64,000 nucleotides of DNA, taken from positions 12,925,286 through 12,989,285 of the forward strand of contig NC_081364.1 of the NCBI RefSeq assembly GCF_030684315.1. The letters are read 5' to 3'. The notes under the pieces were generated by a model. It was not told the origin of the DNA. It made no database searches and was given only the letters and a program-made list of their open reading frames with translations. Source of the stretch: Stegostoma tigrinum. Lineage: Eukaryota. Position 1 is the first letter of the stretch. Each line of letters starts with the position of its first letter. Of this stretch, positions 1-11,439 are shown one piece after another. The position numbers and the translations under genes are program-made.

Positions 1-395
1 TCTTTAAAATCATCTTCTTCATCATACGCTTTCCTAACTTTCCACTTGATGTGTCTACACTATTGGCTTCCGCAACTCCTTCTGGTGACAAGTAATGCAT
101 TCTGTTTTGAATAAATAAATTTTTCCGTTATTTCTGGAATTGTGTTGCAGAATCCAACTGTGATGTACTTGCAACAGTCCAGAACTTAATAAAGAAACAA
201 CTTGTTTAGTTACTACAAAATACTAGTCCTAATTGGAAACTGTTGGTAACGTCAAACAGTTATAAAGTGATGACTCTCACAAGATCAGTCTTCTTTGTCT
301 ATTTGACTTATCTTTCTCACCTCTATTAATCCTGCCCTTCTGTCAGTGACTTTCTTGTGACCACAGCAATTTGCTACACTTCCAATTATACTTAC

Positions 396-451
396 AGTTG
401 CCTGGAGTAGAGGCCTTCATCAATCTCTGTGGAACTTTCGTTTGGATCCAT
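396..451 (-). CDS. UBA7: First coding exon of a ubiquitin-like activating enzyme E1 (UBA1/UBA7 family, probably UBA7); gene continues off the left edge
   Basis: Minus strand reads ttttcttaaactgcag|accATG GAT CCA AAC GAA AGT TCC ACA GAG ATT GAT GAA GGC CTC TAC TCC AGG CAA CT|gtaagt = MDPNESSTEIDEGLYSRQL, containing the E1 motif DExLYSRQL. Whole exon is 396-454. UBA7 rather than UBA1 is inferred from the recalled human order TRAIP->UBA7 on the same strand. Confidence 0.8.
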
Positions 452-624
452 GGTCTGCAGTTTAAGAAAATAAAGATAGATTCTATCAAATGTGAAATTT
501 AAACTGAAATCAACTTTCTCATGAAGGAAATCGGGAAAGTTGCATTCACGTCATACCTAATGAGATAACTATATACAGGAGTGAGAGGCTCAATGGATAA
601 AAAGATGAACTTAGGAAGTCCCAT

Positions 625-985
625 TATGGGGTGGCAATGGCCTAGTGGTGATATTGCTAGACTGTTAATCCAGACACCCAGGTGATGTTCTGGGGACCTG
701 GGTTTGAATCCCACCATGGAAGATGGTGGAATCTGAATTCAACAAATATCTGGAATTAAAGGTCTAATGATGACCTTAAATCCATTGCTAATGGTTGGAG
801 AAAATCCCATCTAGCTCACTAATCTCCTTCAGGGAAGGAAACTTCCATCTTTACCTAGTCTGGCGTACATGTGACTCCAGACCCACAGCAATGTGGTTGA
901 CTCATAACTGCCCTCTGGGCTATTAGGGATGGGCAATAAATGCTGCCTAGCCAGCGATGCCCTCATCCTGTGAATGAATAATATA
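625..985 (+). mobile_element. tRNA-derived SINE with LINE-derived 3' tail
   Basis: A-box-like ggcctagtgg and B-box-like ggtttgaatccc; tail gggcaataaatgctg...ccagcgatgccc..atcc..tgaatgaa. Related copies at about 5480-5760(+), 19880-20070(-), 24930-25130(-), 38530-38820(-), 54210-54520(-). Confidence 0.7.
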
Positions 986-3061
986 AGTTTTACATATCCC
1001 AGGTTACCTTACCTTTAAACTGAAAGCAAAATCTTGCAAATGCTTAAAATCTACAATTAAAAGTGAAAGTACACAGCAAGTCCCCTCGAGGTTTTGTACA
1101 GAGAGAAACACAGCTAATGTTTCAGGCCATGACTTTTTAAATCAGACCTGGGAAGTTTTGAGAAATAACAGGTTTTAAGTAAGTACAGAAACTGTGGAAG
1201 ATGGTAGTGAGGAAAGCACAAGAGGAAAGGGGTGTGATGGGATGCTAGAAGGATGTAACAAAAGGGATAAAGGTATGAGGCAAAATAAGATGGTGACACT
1301 CAAGCCAGAAGGAATATGAGGAAGTTAAATCAGAATCAGAGCTACGACCTTGCTGTCCAAAGCAATGGGGACAGTGATCGTGATCGGACATTATTTTACT
1401 CCACCCCCTGTTCATAAGGCTGTAAAACACCCAAGCTAGAATATGAGGCCTCTGGAGCTTCTGTTGAGCTTCATTGGAACAGTTCAGGAGGCCAGGGAAA
1501 GAGTGGCCAAAGTTGGAGGGAGAGCTGAGAACTAAAATGACAGGGTATTGGAAGCGAGGGTCATGCTTTCAGACTGAATGGAGGTGTTTAGGATGGCAAC
1601 CCTCCAGTCCATGTTCAGTTGTTGTATAAAGAGAAAAGTGCATGAGGATTAGCAAATGCATCATACTCTAATTCTGGCTCTGGTGATTTGTGCATTCTAT
1701 CCTCCCATCAGCACCCCAGTCAAATGCTGGAAGGCAACTGAACTATACTGGTTCTGTGTAGGACGATCAATGAGAAGTTTTAAGAGCATTGGATAGATCT
1801 GTTGAGTTGGGACTTAAGGAAGGCTTAGAGAATGTGGGGTTTTAGAGAAGTCTGCAAGATATTAATGATTAAGTTCCATTGAGAGTTGGTATTGGAAAAC
1901 CTGAAAGCAGCATTAGCATGACGCAATCAAACAAGACTAGAGCTCATGATAATACACAAGTGTAGTACTAGCTTGATAAAGTCAGTTGGTGGTGAAAAGC
2001 TGGATCTATGCCTGCAAGTAAATGCTGTGCCGGAGTGCAGTTTGCACAATCTAGAGAAGCACAGACCCTTCAAAGGAAGGTGAATATAAAAACATAGCAG
2101 TCAACAGAAGTGTCTGTGACATAACGGGTCTTAAGGGACTTTCCAGACCAGATTGTGAAAAGTGAAGAATTGAAATCACTTGTGATATTTTTAAAATTAA
2201 ATTTGATGATCCATTGTGTCATTAAGCTTTTGGAGGGAGGGATAGCTGAGAAATCCATGGGATATGTCTTTATTGCTTCTGAAATTTGACATGCTCTGTA
2301 GGGCAATCAATCACAATTTGTTACCCACATTTGGCTCCCGTTAATTCTGGATGTTAGAATATAATTTATATGTGCGTATATGTACATTGCATTGTATAGT
2401 AAAGATTATCATTATCTGTTTAAAACCATGGAATCTTATGACATTATTCTCTGGGAAATACCTGGGATGTGAAACTATGTCAACTTTAAAAAAGTCACTA
2501 GTCCCTCACAGATCATAATATAAATTTGGTGGTGTGGTCTGGCATCATAAAAGGTAACATGAGCTTTTGGGTGTCCTGAGATGGGGGAGAGTGCTAGATG
2601 AATGGAAATCTTCTAAGGTGTCCCAGCCAGCTGCTTTGCCGAAATAAGGGAAATTTAAAATTTTTAAAATGTTGCAAGGATCAGGAACATACTGTATGAG
2701 GGTATAAAGGAGAATTCGACCATAGTTTTCAAGAGGGAATTGAATAATAATGCTGAGAAGGTATTTTCAGCGCAATAAGGAAAGCGACCCCCTGCGTAGC
2801 TTCGACAGACAGCTATCAGGGATGCTAGGGGCTGAATGGCCTTGCTTTGATCAGCAATCAATCTTCGACTCAAATGCATCCAATCAGAGTTGACAATCAT
2901 ATTGTGAAGAGCATTGGTGGCGGTCGGATAGCAAATCTGTATTTCTGGCACTACATACAACACCTCAACACAATTAATATTTGAAGGTCTAACAGAGGAA
3001 CATACAGGGTTCAGATGCGAGTTGGCAGCAACTTCATTAAAACTCACGGGGAATTAACAAA

Positions 3062-3093
3062 AAAAATCCCCTTTACACTTTATTTCGCTTTCC
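3062..3093 (-). promoter_or_regulatory. IRF/ISRE-like element next to an NF-kB-like site upstream of the E1 coding exon
   Basis: tttcgctttcc at 3083-3093 (GGAAAGCGAAA on minus) and aaaaatcccc at 3062-3071 (GGGGATTTTT); minus-strand donor-like gtgagt at 3042-3047. Confidence 0.45.
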
Positions 3094-3637
3094 TTCTTTG
3101 ACACGATGGGTCGAATGGTCTCTTTCGGTATTGCAACAATTCTGCGGGCATACATCACAAAGTCAACAAATTCAAGTGTAACTTCCCGTCCACGTTGTCA
3201 GAATGATCAATCAAAATGGGAAAAGGGAGTGGGGGGAAGCAAAACAATTTGTCAATTTCATTCATTTGTTAAACTGAAGAAATTTGCAGACGGTCCAGTT
3301 ATCTCATTTCCAATAAATCCACGGAAGCTCAACAACCAAATTTCAACAGGCAGTTTCTCTTTGTAAAATAAAGTCACTCACTCCTACAACAACAGATTGC
3401 CTTTCGCCTCAGTGCAATAGGAAGAAGCTTTCATTCGTAAAGGCAAAATTCTGGTTCCAAATTTGAAAACTCAAAAATATATCTTTGGTCAGCTGGTAGA
3501 TTGTAAAGTCAGTTTCAGTGGAGCAATGATAACCTGAGCTTACCATCCTCAGTAATTGCCTGGGGCACTGTTCTACAGCATTTTACTATAACACGGATTT
3601 TGATGGCTATACCAACATATCGCGAACGCTAACGCAC

Positions 3638-3880
3638 CTTAGTTTACTCTCTTGTCCCTGAGGAAGGTGCTTCTGTCCGGCAGCGATACAAATTGCTCCG
3701 ATCAACTGAATGACACTGCCTGCGCTTGATCTGGGAGAGCGAGCAACAGAAAGGAAACAAAAAGCTTCCTGCCAAATTCTGATCTCTTTAAAAGGGCAAC
3801 ACATTTCAACTCCTGACAGCGTCCTCGTTCAGACCGGACGAGGCTGGGGCGTATAACGGCAGGACCCGGAACCGACCGGT
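3638..3880 (-). other. Probable 5'UTR exon / CpG-rich promoter region of the E1 gene
   Basis: Local CpG enrichment; donor taag|gtgcgt at 3637; strong acceptor tttgtttcctttctgttgctcgctctcccag| at 3731, so 3638-3730 could be an internal exon. An in-frame TAA precedes the donor, so it would be non-coding relative to the E1 ATG. Confidence 0.45.
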
Positions 3881-3939
3881 TAGAAACAGACTGTTCCCAA
3901 CAATTGATGAGGGGTCTAGACTGAAGGGGTCCATGCATT

Positions 3940-4430
3940 AGAGGCTTATAAAGTCATGAGGGGCATGGATGGGGCGAAAAGCCAAGGTCTTTTTCACAGG
4001 GCAGGGCAGTCCAAAACCTGAGGACATAGGTTTAAGGTGAGAGGGGAACGGTTTAAAAGGGACCGAAGGGCTAACTTTTCCAAGCAGAGAGTGGTCCATG
4101 TATGAAATGAGCTGCCAGAGGAAGTGATGGAGGCTAGTACAGTTACAGCATTTAAAAGGCTTTTGGAAAGTTTTAAAAGGGGAACGATAGTAGGAACTGC
4201 AGATGCTGGAGAATCGGAGATAGCAAGGTGTAGAGCTGGATGAACACAGCAGGTCAAGCAGTATCTTAGGAGCAGGAAGGCTGATGTTTTGGGCCTAGAC
4301 CCTTCATCACAAAAGGTTTAAAAGGACATGGGCCATTTGCTGGCAAATGGGACTAGGTTAATTTATGTTAACTGGTCAGCATGGTTGAGTTGGACCAAAA
4401 GGCCTGTTTCTGTGCGGTACATCTCTATGC
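3940..4430 (+). mobile_element. CR1 LINE 3' fragment with a nested short Penelope-derived element (about 4186-4310, minus)
   Basis: CR1 RT C-terminal/3' tail sequence (agaggacataggtttaaggtgagagggg...), interrupted by gatagtaggaactgcagatgctgg...cccttcatca. Confidence 0.7.
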
Positions 4431-4761
4431 CTTTATATACAAAATGAAAAGCCCTCTGTAAAACAATCGGCAGGTGAGACTTCTTTACACACGTTATTGG
4501 GAAATTGTAGATTTTACTTCAGGGACAGTGATTCAGGTAGAAATGAAAGCCTGAGCTTTCATCTGTTTGAATCGGAGGCAATGGGACATAATGTGAGTTT
4601 TTTTGGGGGTGGTGTTGTATTCAATTCAGTATGGCTGGTTAGCAGTCAGGTTAAAATCAGGCCACATGCTAAAATTCCAGGTGACATTGAATAGGTGAAT
4701 GAAGGGTGAGGAACAAGGTGGCTGAGGTCCAGACTACAAAATAAATAAGAGACAATTTTGA

Positions 4762-5081
4762 ATCATAGAATCCCTACAGTGTGGAAGTAAGCCCTTCAGC
4801 CCAACAAGCCTACACTGACCTTCAGAGAATCCCACCCAGACCTATCCCCCTATAATCCACTTAACCTACACATCCCTGAACATTACGGGCAATTTAGCCT
4901 GGCCAATCCACCTAGCCTGCACATCCTTGGACTGTGGGAGGAAACAGGAGCACCCAGAGGAAACCCACACAGACACGGGGAGAACATGTAAAACTCCACA
5001 CAGACAGTCACCTGAGGGTGGAATCAAACCCAGGTCCCTGGCACTGTGAGGGAGCAGTGCTAACCACTGAGCCACCGTGCA
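4762..5081 (-). mobile_element. V-SINE (HE1-like elasmobranch SINE)
   Basis: Minus strand begins gcacggtggctcagtggttagcactgct (tRNA head), V-domain-like gtgtctgtgtgggtttcctctgggtgctcc, CR1-type tail ...ctgtagggattctatg. Second copy at about 49850-50175. Confidence 0.75.
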
Positions 5082-6364
5082 ACTTTCTGGGGATAAATAT
5101 GGATGCAGACTGACAAAACTGAATGGCCTGTCCCCATGTTCTTATTTCCCTGAGATTGGAAGATGTCATGATTTAGAAGAGGAGGGGTAACCAAAATCCA
5201 CTGAAGGGAACAAGCTAGGCTCATATTCCAATTCATGAATTGTTGCATTATTGTCCTTGAGGTGACACACTTAAACTGAGGCCATGTCTATAAATCATGG
5301 TTCATGAAATCGAGGAGTCCTCATCGTGATCTGACAATTATCCTGTGTTCAAGTAACATCATCCAGGTACCTGCTTGTTTATATCATTTCCACTTGTCAG
5401 CCTTGGAAGGTGGAAAATGGCTTTCACATTTGCCAGACATGGCAATAACATATGTAAGAATGTTTGTGAAATGTGAGAAACTACTGTGTTCAAATCCAAC
5501 CATAGCAGATGGGGGCATTTGAAAGCAATAAAGCTTGCGAAGCTGAAGTCTAATGATGACCATTATTGATTGTTGGAAAACCCCACCTTCTGGTTCACGA
5601 ATGTCCTTTAGGGTTGGAAACAGCCATCCTCACCTGGTCTGGCCCACATGTGACTCCAAACCCACAGCGATGTGGTTGACTCTTAACTGCCCTCTGGATA
5701 ATTAGGGACAACCAATAAATGCTGTTTTAGCCAGCAGTATACCCAGACTAAGAATGAAAAATAAAATTCACTTTAATAACCAGTAAGCTAGAGATTTGAA
5801 AGAAACTCTGACTTATGAGGTTAAGAATGTAAGAAATTACAGCAGGAATGGGCTACATAGTCCTTTCAACGGCCCCAACCATTCAATGAGCTGAGTTGAT
5901 ATTTTATATTAAATTCACTTCTTTCTCTTATGTCCACAAGATCTTCTTGTTGTGCCGTGGTAGTGTCTCTACCTCTGAGCCAAAAGGCCTGGGCTTGAGT
6001 CGCCCCTGCTCTGGAAGTGTATATTAATGCATCTGAACAATTAAAAATGCTGGCCTGTTTGCAGCACAGACATTTTAACTAGTATTTTTGAACTGTGCAG
6101 CATGTTGAGCTGCCGCTGTTTACATAGTAACAGCTATTGCAGTTTTATTCATGTTCTAGATCAGTGTAAGAAACACGATATCAGGTTATAATCCAACTTG
6201 GCGTGTTATTTCTGACCTTGTCCACCCCAGTCCATCACCGGCACCTCCACATCATGGCACTGTACATAAAAGAGACAGGGCATTCAATGATTTGCAACAC
6301 AAGTTGTTTTCTGAAGAAGTGACACTGGATTCCGAATGTTAACTCTGCTTTCTCTGCACAGAGG

Positions 6365-7006
6365 CTATGCAGAACACCTCCACTCGGTTCACACTAAATA
6401 ACTGCACCTCCCAGTTGCGAACCATTTCAACTCCCCCTCCCATTCCGCAGATGACATGTCCATCATGGGCCTCCTGCAGTGCCACAACGTTGCTACTCGA
6501 AGGTTGCAGGAACGGCAACTCATATCCCACTGGGAACCCTGCAGCCCAATGGTATCAATGTGGACTTCACAAGCTTCAAAATCCCCCCTCCCCCCACCGC
6601 ATCCCAAAACCAGCCCAACTCATCCCCGCCTCCCTAACTTGTCCTTCCTCTCACCTATCCCCTCCTCCCACCTCAAGCCCCACCCCCATTTTCTACCTAC
6701 TAACCTCATCCCGCCCCCTTGACCTGTCTGTCCTCCCTGGACTGACCTATCTCCTCCCTACCTCCCCACCTACACTCACCTTTACTGGCTCCATCACTGC
6801 CTCTTTGACCTGTCTGTCTCCTCTCCACCTATCTTCTCCTTTATCCATTTTCTATCCGCCTCCCCCTCTCTCCCTACTTACTTCAGAATCCCCTTCCCCT
6901 CCCCCATATCTGATGAAGGGTCTACGCCAGAAACGTCAGCCTTCCTGCTCCTCTCATGCTGCTTGGCCTGCTGTGTTCATCCAGCTCTACACTTTGTTAT
7001 CTCAGA
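6365..7006 (+). mobile_element. Penelope-like element 3' fragment with hammerhead motif
   Basis: Homologous to 28625-29265 (MSIMGLLQCHN..TRRLQE..); ctgatgaaggg..gaaacgtc at 6910-6937. Confidence 0.75.
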
Positions 7007-7104
7007 ATGCCCGACCTGCTGAGTTTCTCCAGCAATTTCTGTCTTTTGCTTCAGACTTCCAGAATCTGCCTTTCTCGTTAGTGTTGTTGTCATTGCCACT
7101 TTAA

Positions 7105-7296
7105 GGGGCGGAGCTTATTGTCAGAGACTAAGGTCCAAATTTATTTGAAAACTCCCAGACTGAGAGGAAACAGAAAGTGAAAGTGAAGAGATAATGGGAA
7201 CTGCAGATGCTGGAGATTCCAAGATAATAAAATGTGAGGCTGGATGAACACAGCAGGCCAAGCAGCATCTCAGGAGCACAAAGTGAAATTGAAATT
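7105..7296. promoter_or_regulatory. GC box, NF-kB-like site and tandem IRF element cluster
   Basis: ggggcggag 7105-7113; gaaaactccc 7147-7156 (GGGAGTTTTC on minus); ggaaacagaaagtgaaagtgaa 7166-7187; aaagtgaaattgaaa 7280-7294. Confidence 0.5.
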
Positions 7297-7639
7297 TTAG
7301 ACTCCGAATGAATTCACATTTGCTGGTGTGGAAAGCTTATTTGAAGCATATAGCAGAGGGTTTGGGTCAAACGGGAATGCTTTCACCCTGTGTTTATTTT
7401 AAAATAACTGATAGAAAAAAGTCGAGCCCAGCTGCTATTATCCTTGAAATGCAGTTTCCTGACATTTCACACTCAACTTTCTGCCGCGTGCGCCCTGCCA
7501 ATGTCCACACAGCAGAGATGTGCAGATTGACTGCCACTGATCTCTCTCTCTCTCCCTGTCGATGACTCGGTGTCTTCTCTCAATGACTCCCTTCCCACAA
7601 CAGCAGCTCCGCTCAAGGGTTAATATCCCGATATCCCTA

Positions 7640-8430
7640 TACATAGATGGCACCAAGATTGATGGTGCAGCAGAACAGTGAAGAAGATTATGGAAGATAA
7701 CAAAGAAGCCATGATCAATTAGCCAATGGGCTGAAGAGTGGCAGATGGAGTTTAATTTGGTTAAATGTGAGGTATTGCATTTTGGTAAATAAAACAAAAG
7801 CAAAAATTATACAATTAAAAGTGGGACCTTGGGTAGCGTTGTAGAACAGAGAGACCTCAGGGTTCTTTGAAGTTTGCATCCCATATAGACAGCGTTGTTA
7901 AGAAGGAGTTTGGCACACTTGTCTTCATTGCTTAGACCTTTGAGAGTAGGAGTTGGCACATTATGTTGAGGTTGTACAGGACATTGTTGAGACCTCTTCT
8001 GGAATACTGTGACCAGTTCCAGTTGCCCTGTTATAGGAAGGATATTGTTAAGCTGGAGAGAGTTCAGAAGAGATTTACCCGGATGTTGCTGGGGAGGGAG
8101 GGTTTGAGTTATGGAGACAGGCTGGATATGCTGGGATTTTTTTCACTGAAGTGTAAGCGGTTGAGGGGTAACCTTTTAATTAGAAGTTTATAAAATCATG
8201 AGGGATGTGGATAAGGTGAATGACAAGTGTCTTTTCCCTAGGGCCAGGGATTTTAAGAGACAAGGGGCAATTTGGTTTTACAGAGAGAATGGTTTGTGTG
8301 TGGAATGACCTTCCAGAGGATGCAGTGGATGGGGTAAAGTTACAATGTATAAAAGATGAGTGGTTAAGGACATGAATAAGAAATGTTTGGGCTAAGCACA
8401 GGCAGGTGGGACTAGTTTTGGGATTATGGT
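7640..8430 (+). mobile_element. Degenerate CR1 LINE RT/3' fragment
   Basis: ORF 7963-8193 MLRLYRTLLRPLLEYC..LERVQKRFTRML is the typical CR1 ORF2 C-terminus. Confidence 0.85.
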
Positions 8431-8871
8431 CCATTGCTGGGAGTTACTTCAAGGATTGAGATGGGAAATACTAAGGAGGGAATTCCAGAATTTAGGACCC
8501 AGATAAGTGAAGGCACAGCTGCGAGTGGCCGGGAGTGACGAAAATTGAGGGATACAGGGAGCTTGGAATTTGGTGTAGGCCACGTTCAGAGGGATGTAGG
8601 CCTGGACCTGAGTACGGAAATGATGAGTCTATTAAGGGATTTGAAGACACACCACAGGAATTTAAAGGTGTACAGTGCACTGTCATCGGGGCATATCATC
8701 TCATTCAATATTTCCATTTTATTGCATTGAACCATCCCTCGCAGATTTGTCTCCTGTATTTTTCAAAATGCTCTCTGCTGATATCTAAATTGACATGAAT
8801 TAACTCCATTCATTTCCACAGATACTGGCAGCTTTGCTGAGGTTTTCTTTTTAAAATCATTTTTGAATCAA

Positions 8872-9088
8872 TCTGAGATAACAAGGTGTAGAGCTGGATG
8901 AACGTTGCATGCCAAGCAGCATCAGAGGAGCAGGAAAGCTGACGTTTTGGGTCTGGACCCTTCTTCAGACGTTTCTGAAGAAGGGTCCAGACCCGAAATG
9001 TCAGCTTTCCTGCTCCTCGGCCTGCTGTAATCAACCAGCTCTACATCTTGTTATCTCAGATTTTCCAGCATCAGCAGTTCCCACTATC
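8872..9088. mobile_element. Palindromic (inverted-arm) short Penelope-derived element with TSD
   Basis: Arms are reverse complements around cccttcttcagacgtttctgaagaaggg; flanked by direct repeat tttgaatcaa (8862-8871 and 9089-9098). Confidence 0.75.
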
Positions 9089-11439
9089 TTTGAATCAAAC
9101 AGCTCAGAGACATTGTTAATCACCTCTGTTGTCAAGGGGGCAGAAGTAGGGACACTACCCCTACCTGCACGAGGTTGTCCAGCATCAATTCAGACATAAA
9201 TTCCTGAGGCCTTTCTTCTAACCCCTTCATAGACTCATCATTCCAGTATCCTACTCCAGTCCCTTCTTCTAGGGATCTTTGACTCTTCAACTTCCACTGG
9301 TGGCTGTGTCTTAATTTATCCAGGCCCCAAATTCTGGAGTTCCTTCTCTGATCCTTTCCATCCGATTCCTTTAAACCCACTCCATAACCTTTCTCTACTT
9401 GTCCGAACATCCGGCTTGTCTTTGCCAAATTTTGCTTGATTATGTTCTTGTGAATTCCTTTGGGCTTATGCTAAGGTACACCGCAAGTGTGGGCTGGAGG
9501 GGATAGTTTCTTGTGAAAATTCCTGTTCAAAATATCTTTAGGCTCGAGGGTGGATGGTGTATTTTTGTTGCCATTTTAAAATGCCATGGAAAAAAAAGCA
9601 CCAACTACTGCTGAATGCAAAGTTATACTCGTCATGAAACTCCAAATTTAGCTTTTCAAAGAAATTGTGCATAAATGGGCTGAATGGCCTCTTTCTGTGT
9701 TCTACGAACAAGATTCATCATTGGAATGAACAAGCTAATAAATGTTGACCATAATGCAAGTCCACGTGAGTTTAAGTACTGGACTGCATTGCAAAATAGC
9801 TGTAACTATTGCCAGGACTTGCCCATGCATAGGGATTTGAGACGCATGTGGGAAGGATGCTGTGCTCAGAGTTCAAGTGCCAATCATACAGAAGGAGCTT
9901 TATTTAGCACAGCATGGTTCTCTCCAGCTGAGTCTACAAGGCCAGCTGTGATGCTGGGAACTTGGAAGAGAGTCAGGATCAATGTAATTCCCAGTGGTTG
10001 ATTACAGATTAACATTTGCATGGATCTAACATGCAGAAGTCTCCATTTATAAAACATCCTCACAGTAGTCAGACACTTTACAGGGGCTTTAACAATTTTG
10101 AACCTGAGCCACTTAAGGCAATATATTGGACAGATGACCAAAAGCTTAGCAATAGGTTTGAAAGGAGGGTCTCAAGAAAAGAATTGGTAGAAAAATGAAG
10201 AAGTTTGGAAAGGCAATACAGAGCCTTAGGAGATGAGTAGTGAGAATTGGATATGCACGAGGTTAGCATGCAGTCTGAGCAAGTTGTAAGACAAGGCAAA
10301 ATGCTTTAGTAAGAAAACTATCTTTGGTATTATGGCATGACAGAAACCATTTCAGGTGCTGTAATTTGTCCTTGTTTTCAATTGTCTCCAGAGCCTCACC
10401 TCTCTATATCTCTCAAATCTCTACATAACTGAAAAACAAGTGCACTCTAATGCTAGCCTCTCGACTTTAACCTTTCCTCTATCAGTGGCTATACATTCAG
10501 CTTTCAGGGCTTTGGGCTCTGGAAATTTCTTTCTCAATCTCTCTACCACAATGATCATCCTTTAAAATGCATCCTAACATCAACCTGCAACTAAGGTTTT
10601 GATTATTTGTCTTAATATTTCCTTGCATGTCTTGGTGTCTCCCAAGACTCCTGTGAAGTGTATGGGGAAATTTTACTGTGCTATAAAGGACTATTCACTG
10701 CAAGTCTATTCACAAGATCAGTTTTTTTTTGGTGCAAACTAGAGGAACAGTAATTCATTTTCTGCTTAGGCACCATGTAGTTTCTAGGTCTCAATGTCAA
10801 ATTTAACAACTTCAGACCATAAGCCCTGTCTTCCATTATGATTGCAGTTCTATTGTGCCCCATCCTATTTGTGTCTTGTTGGATTTGCTCGCAGCAGTGT
10901 GGACCCATAATCCCCTATTCACCCCTATTTTCCATCCACATCGCTACCCCAACTAGCACTCACTTTGCTTTTTGCTCTAGGCACCCTCACCATCTGTTAC
11001 TTTCACTTTTCTTCTGTCAATAGTTTCAGTTCTGAGGAGTCAGGTCAAACTCAAAGTGTTAACTCTCTCCACACTGCTGTTAGACTTGCCGAGTTTCTCC
11101 AGCATTTTGCTTCTTTTTCAGTTTGAACTCACTTGCTTTGAAACATGTACTGACAAGTTATTAGATTTGACCTTCCCCATTCCTCACCGAACATTCAGCG
11201 CAACAGTTGTGAAGGTTACAGCAGGAGGTAAGGAAAACCAATGGAATTTTGATTATTTCCTAAGGAATAGAATATAAAAACAGGGAAGTGTTGCTGCAAC
11301 TGTCAAAGCATTAGTGAGACTGCGCAGAATATTATGTACAATTTCGGGCTCGTTACTTGACAAAGGATGTCGTTATTTTGGAGGCAATTCAGACAAGGTT
11401 CACTAAATTGATTTCAGAGATGAAAGGCTTGACTAATGC

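Noticed and set aside
5020-5081. tRNA-like sequence
   Set aside because: It is the tRNA-derived head of a SINE, not a tRNA gene.
6367-7104. 245-aa Pro/Ser-rich ORF
   Set aside because: Off-frame reading of a C-rich Penelope-like 3' region.
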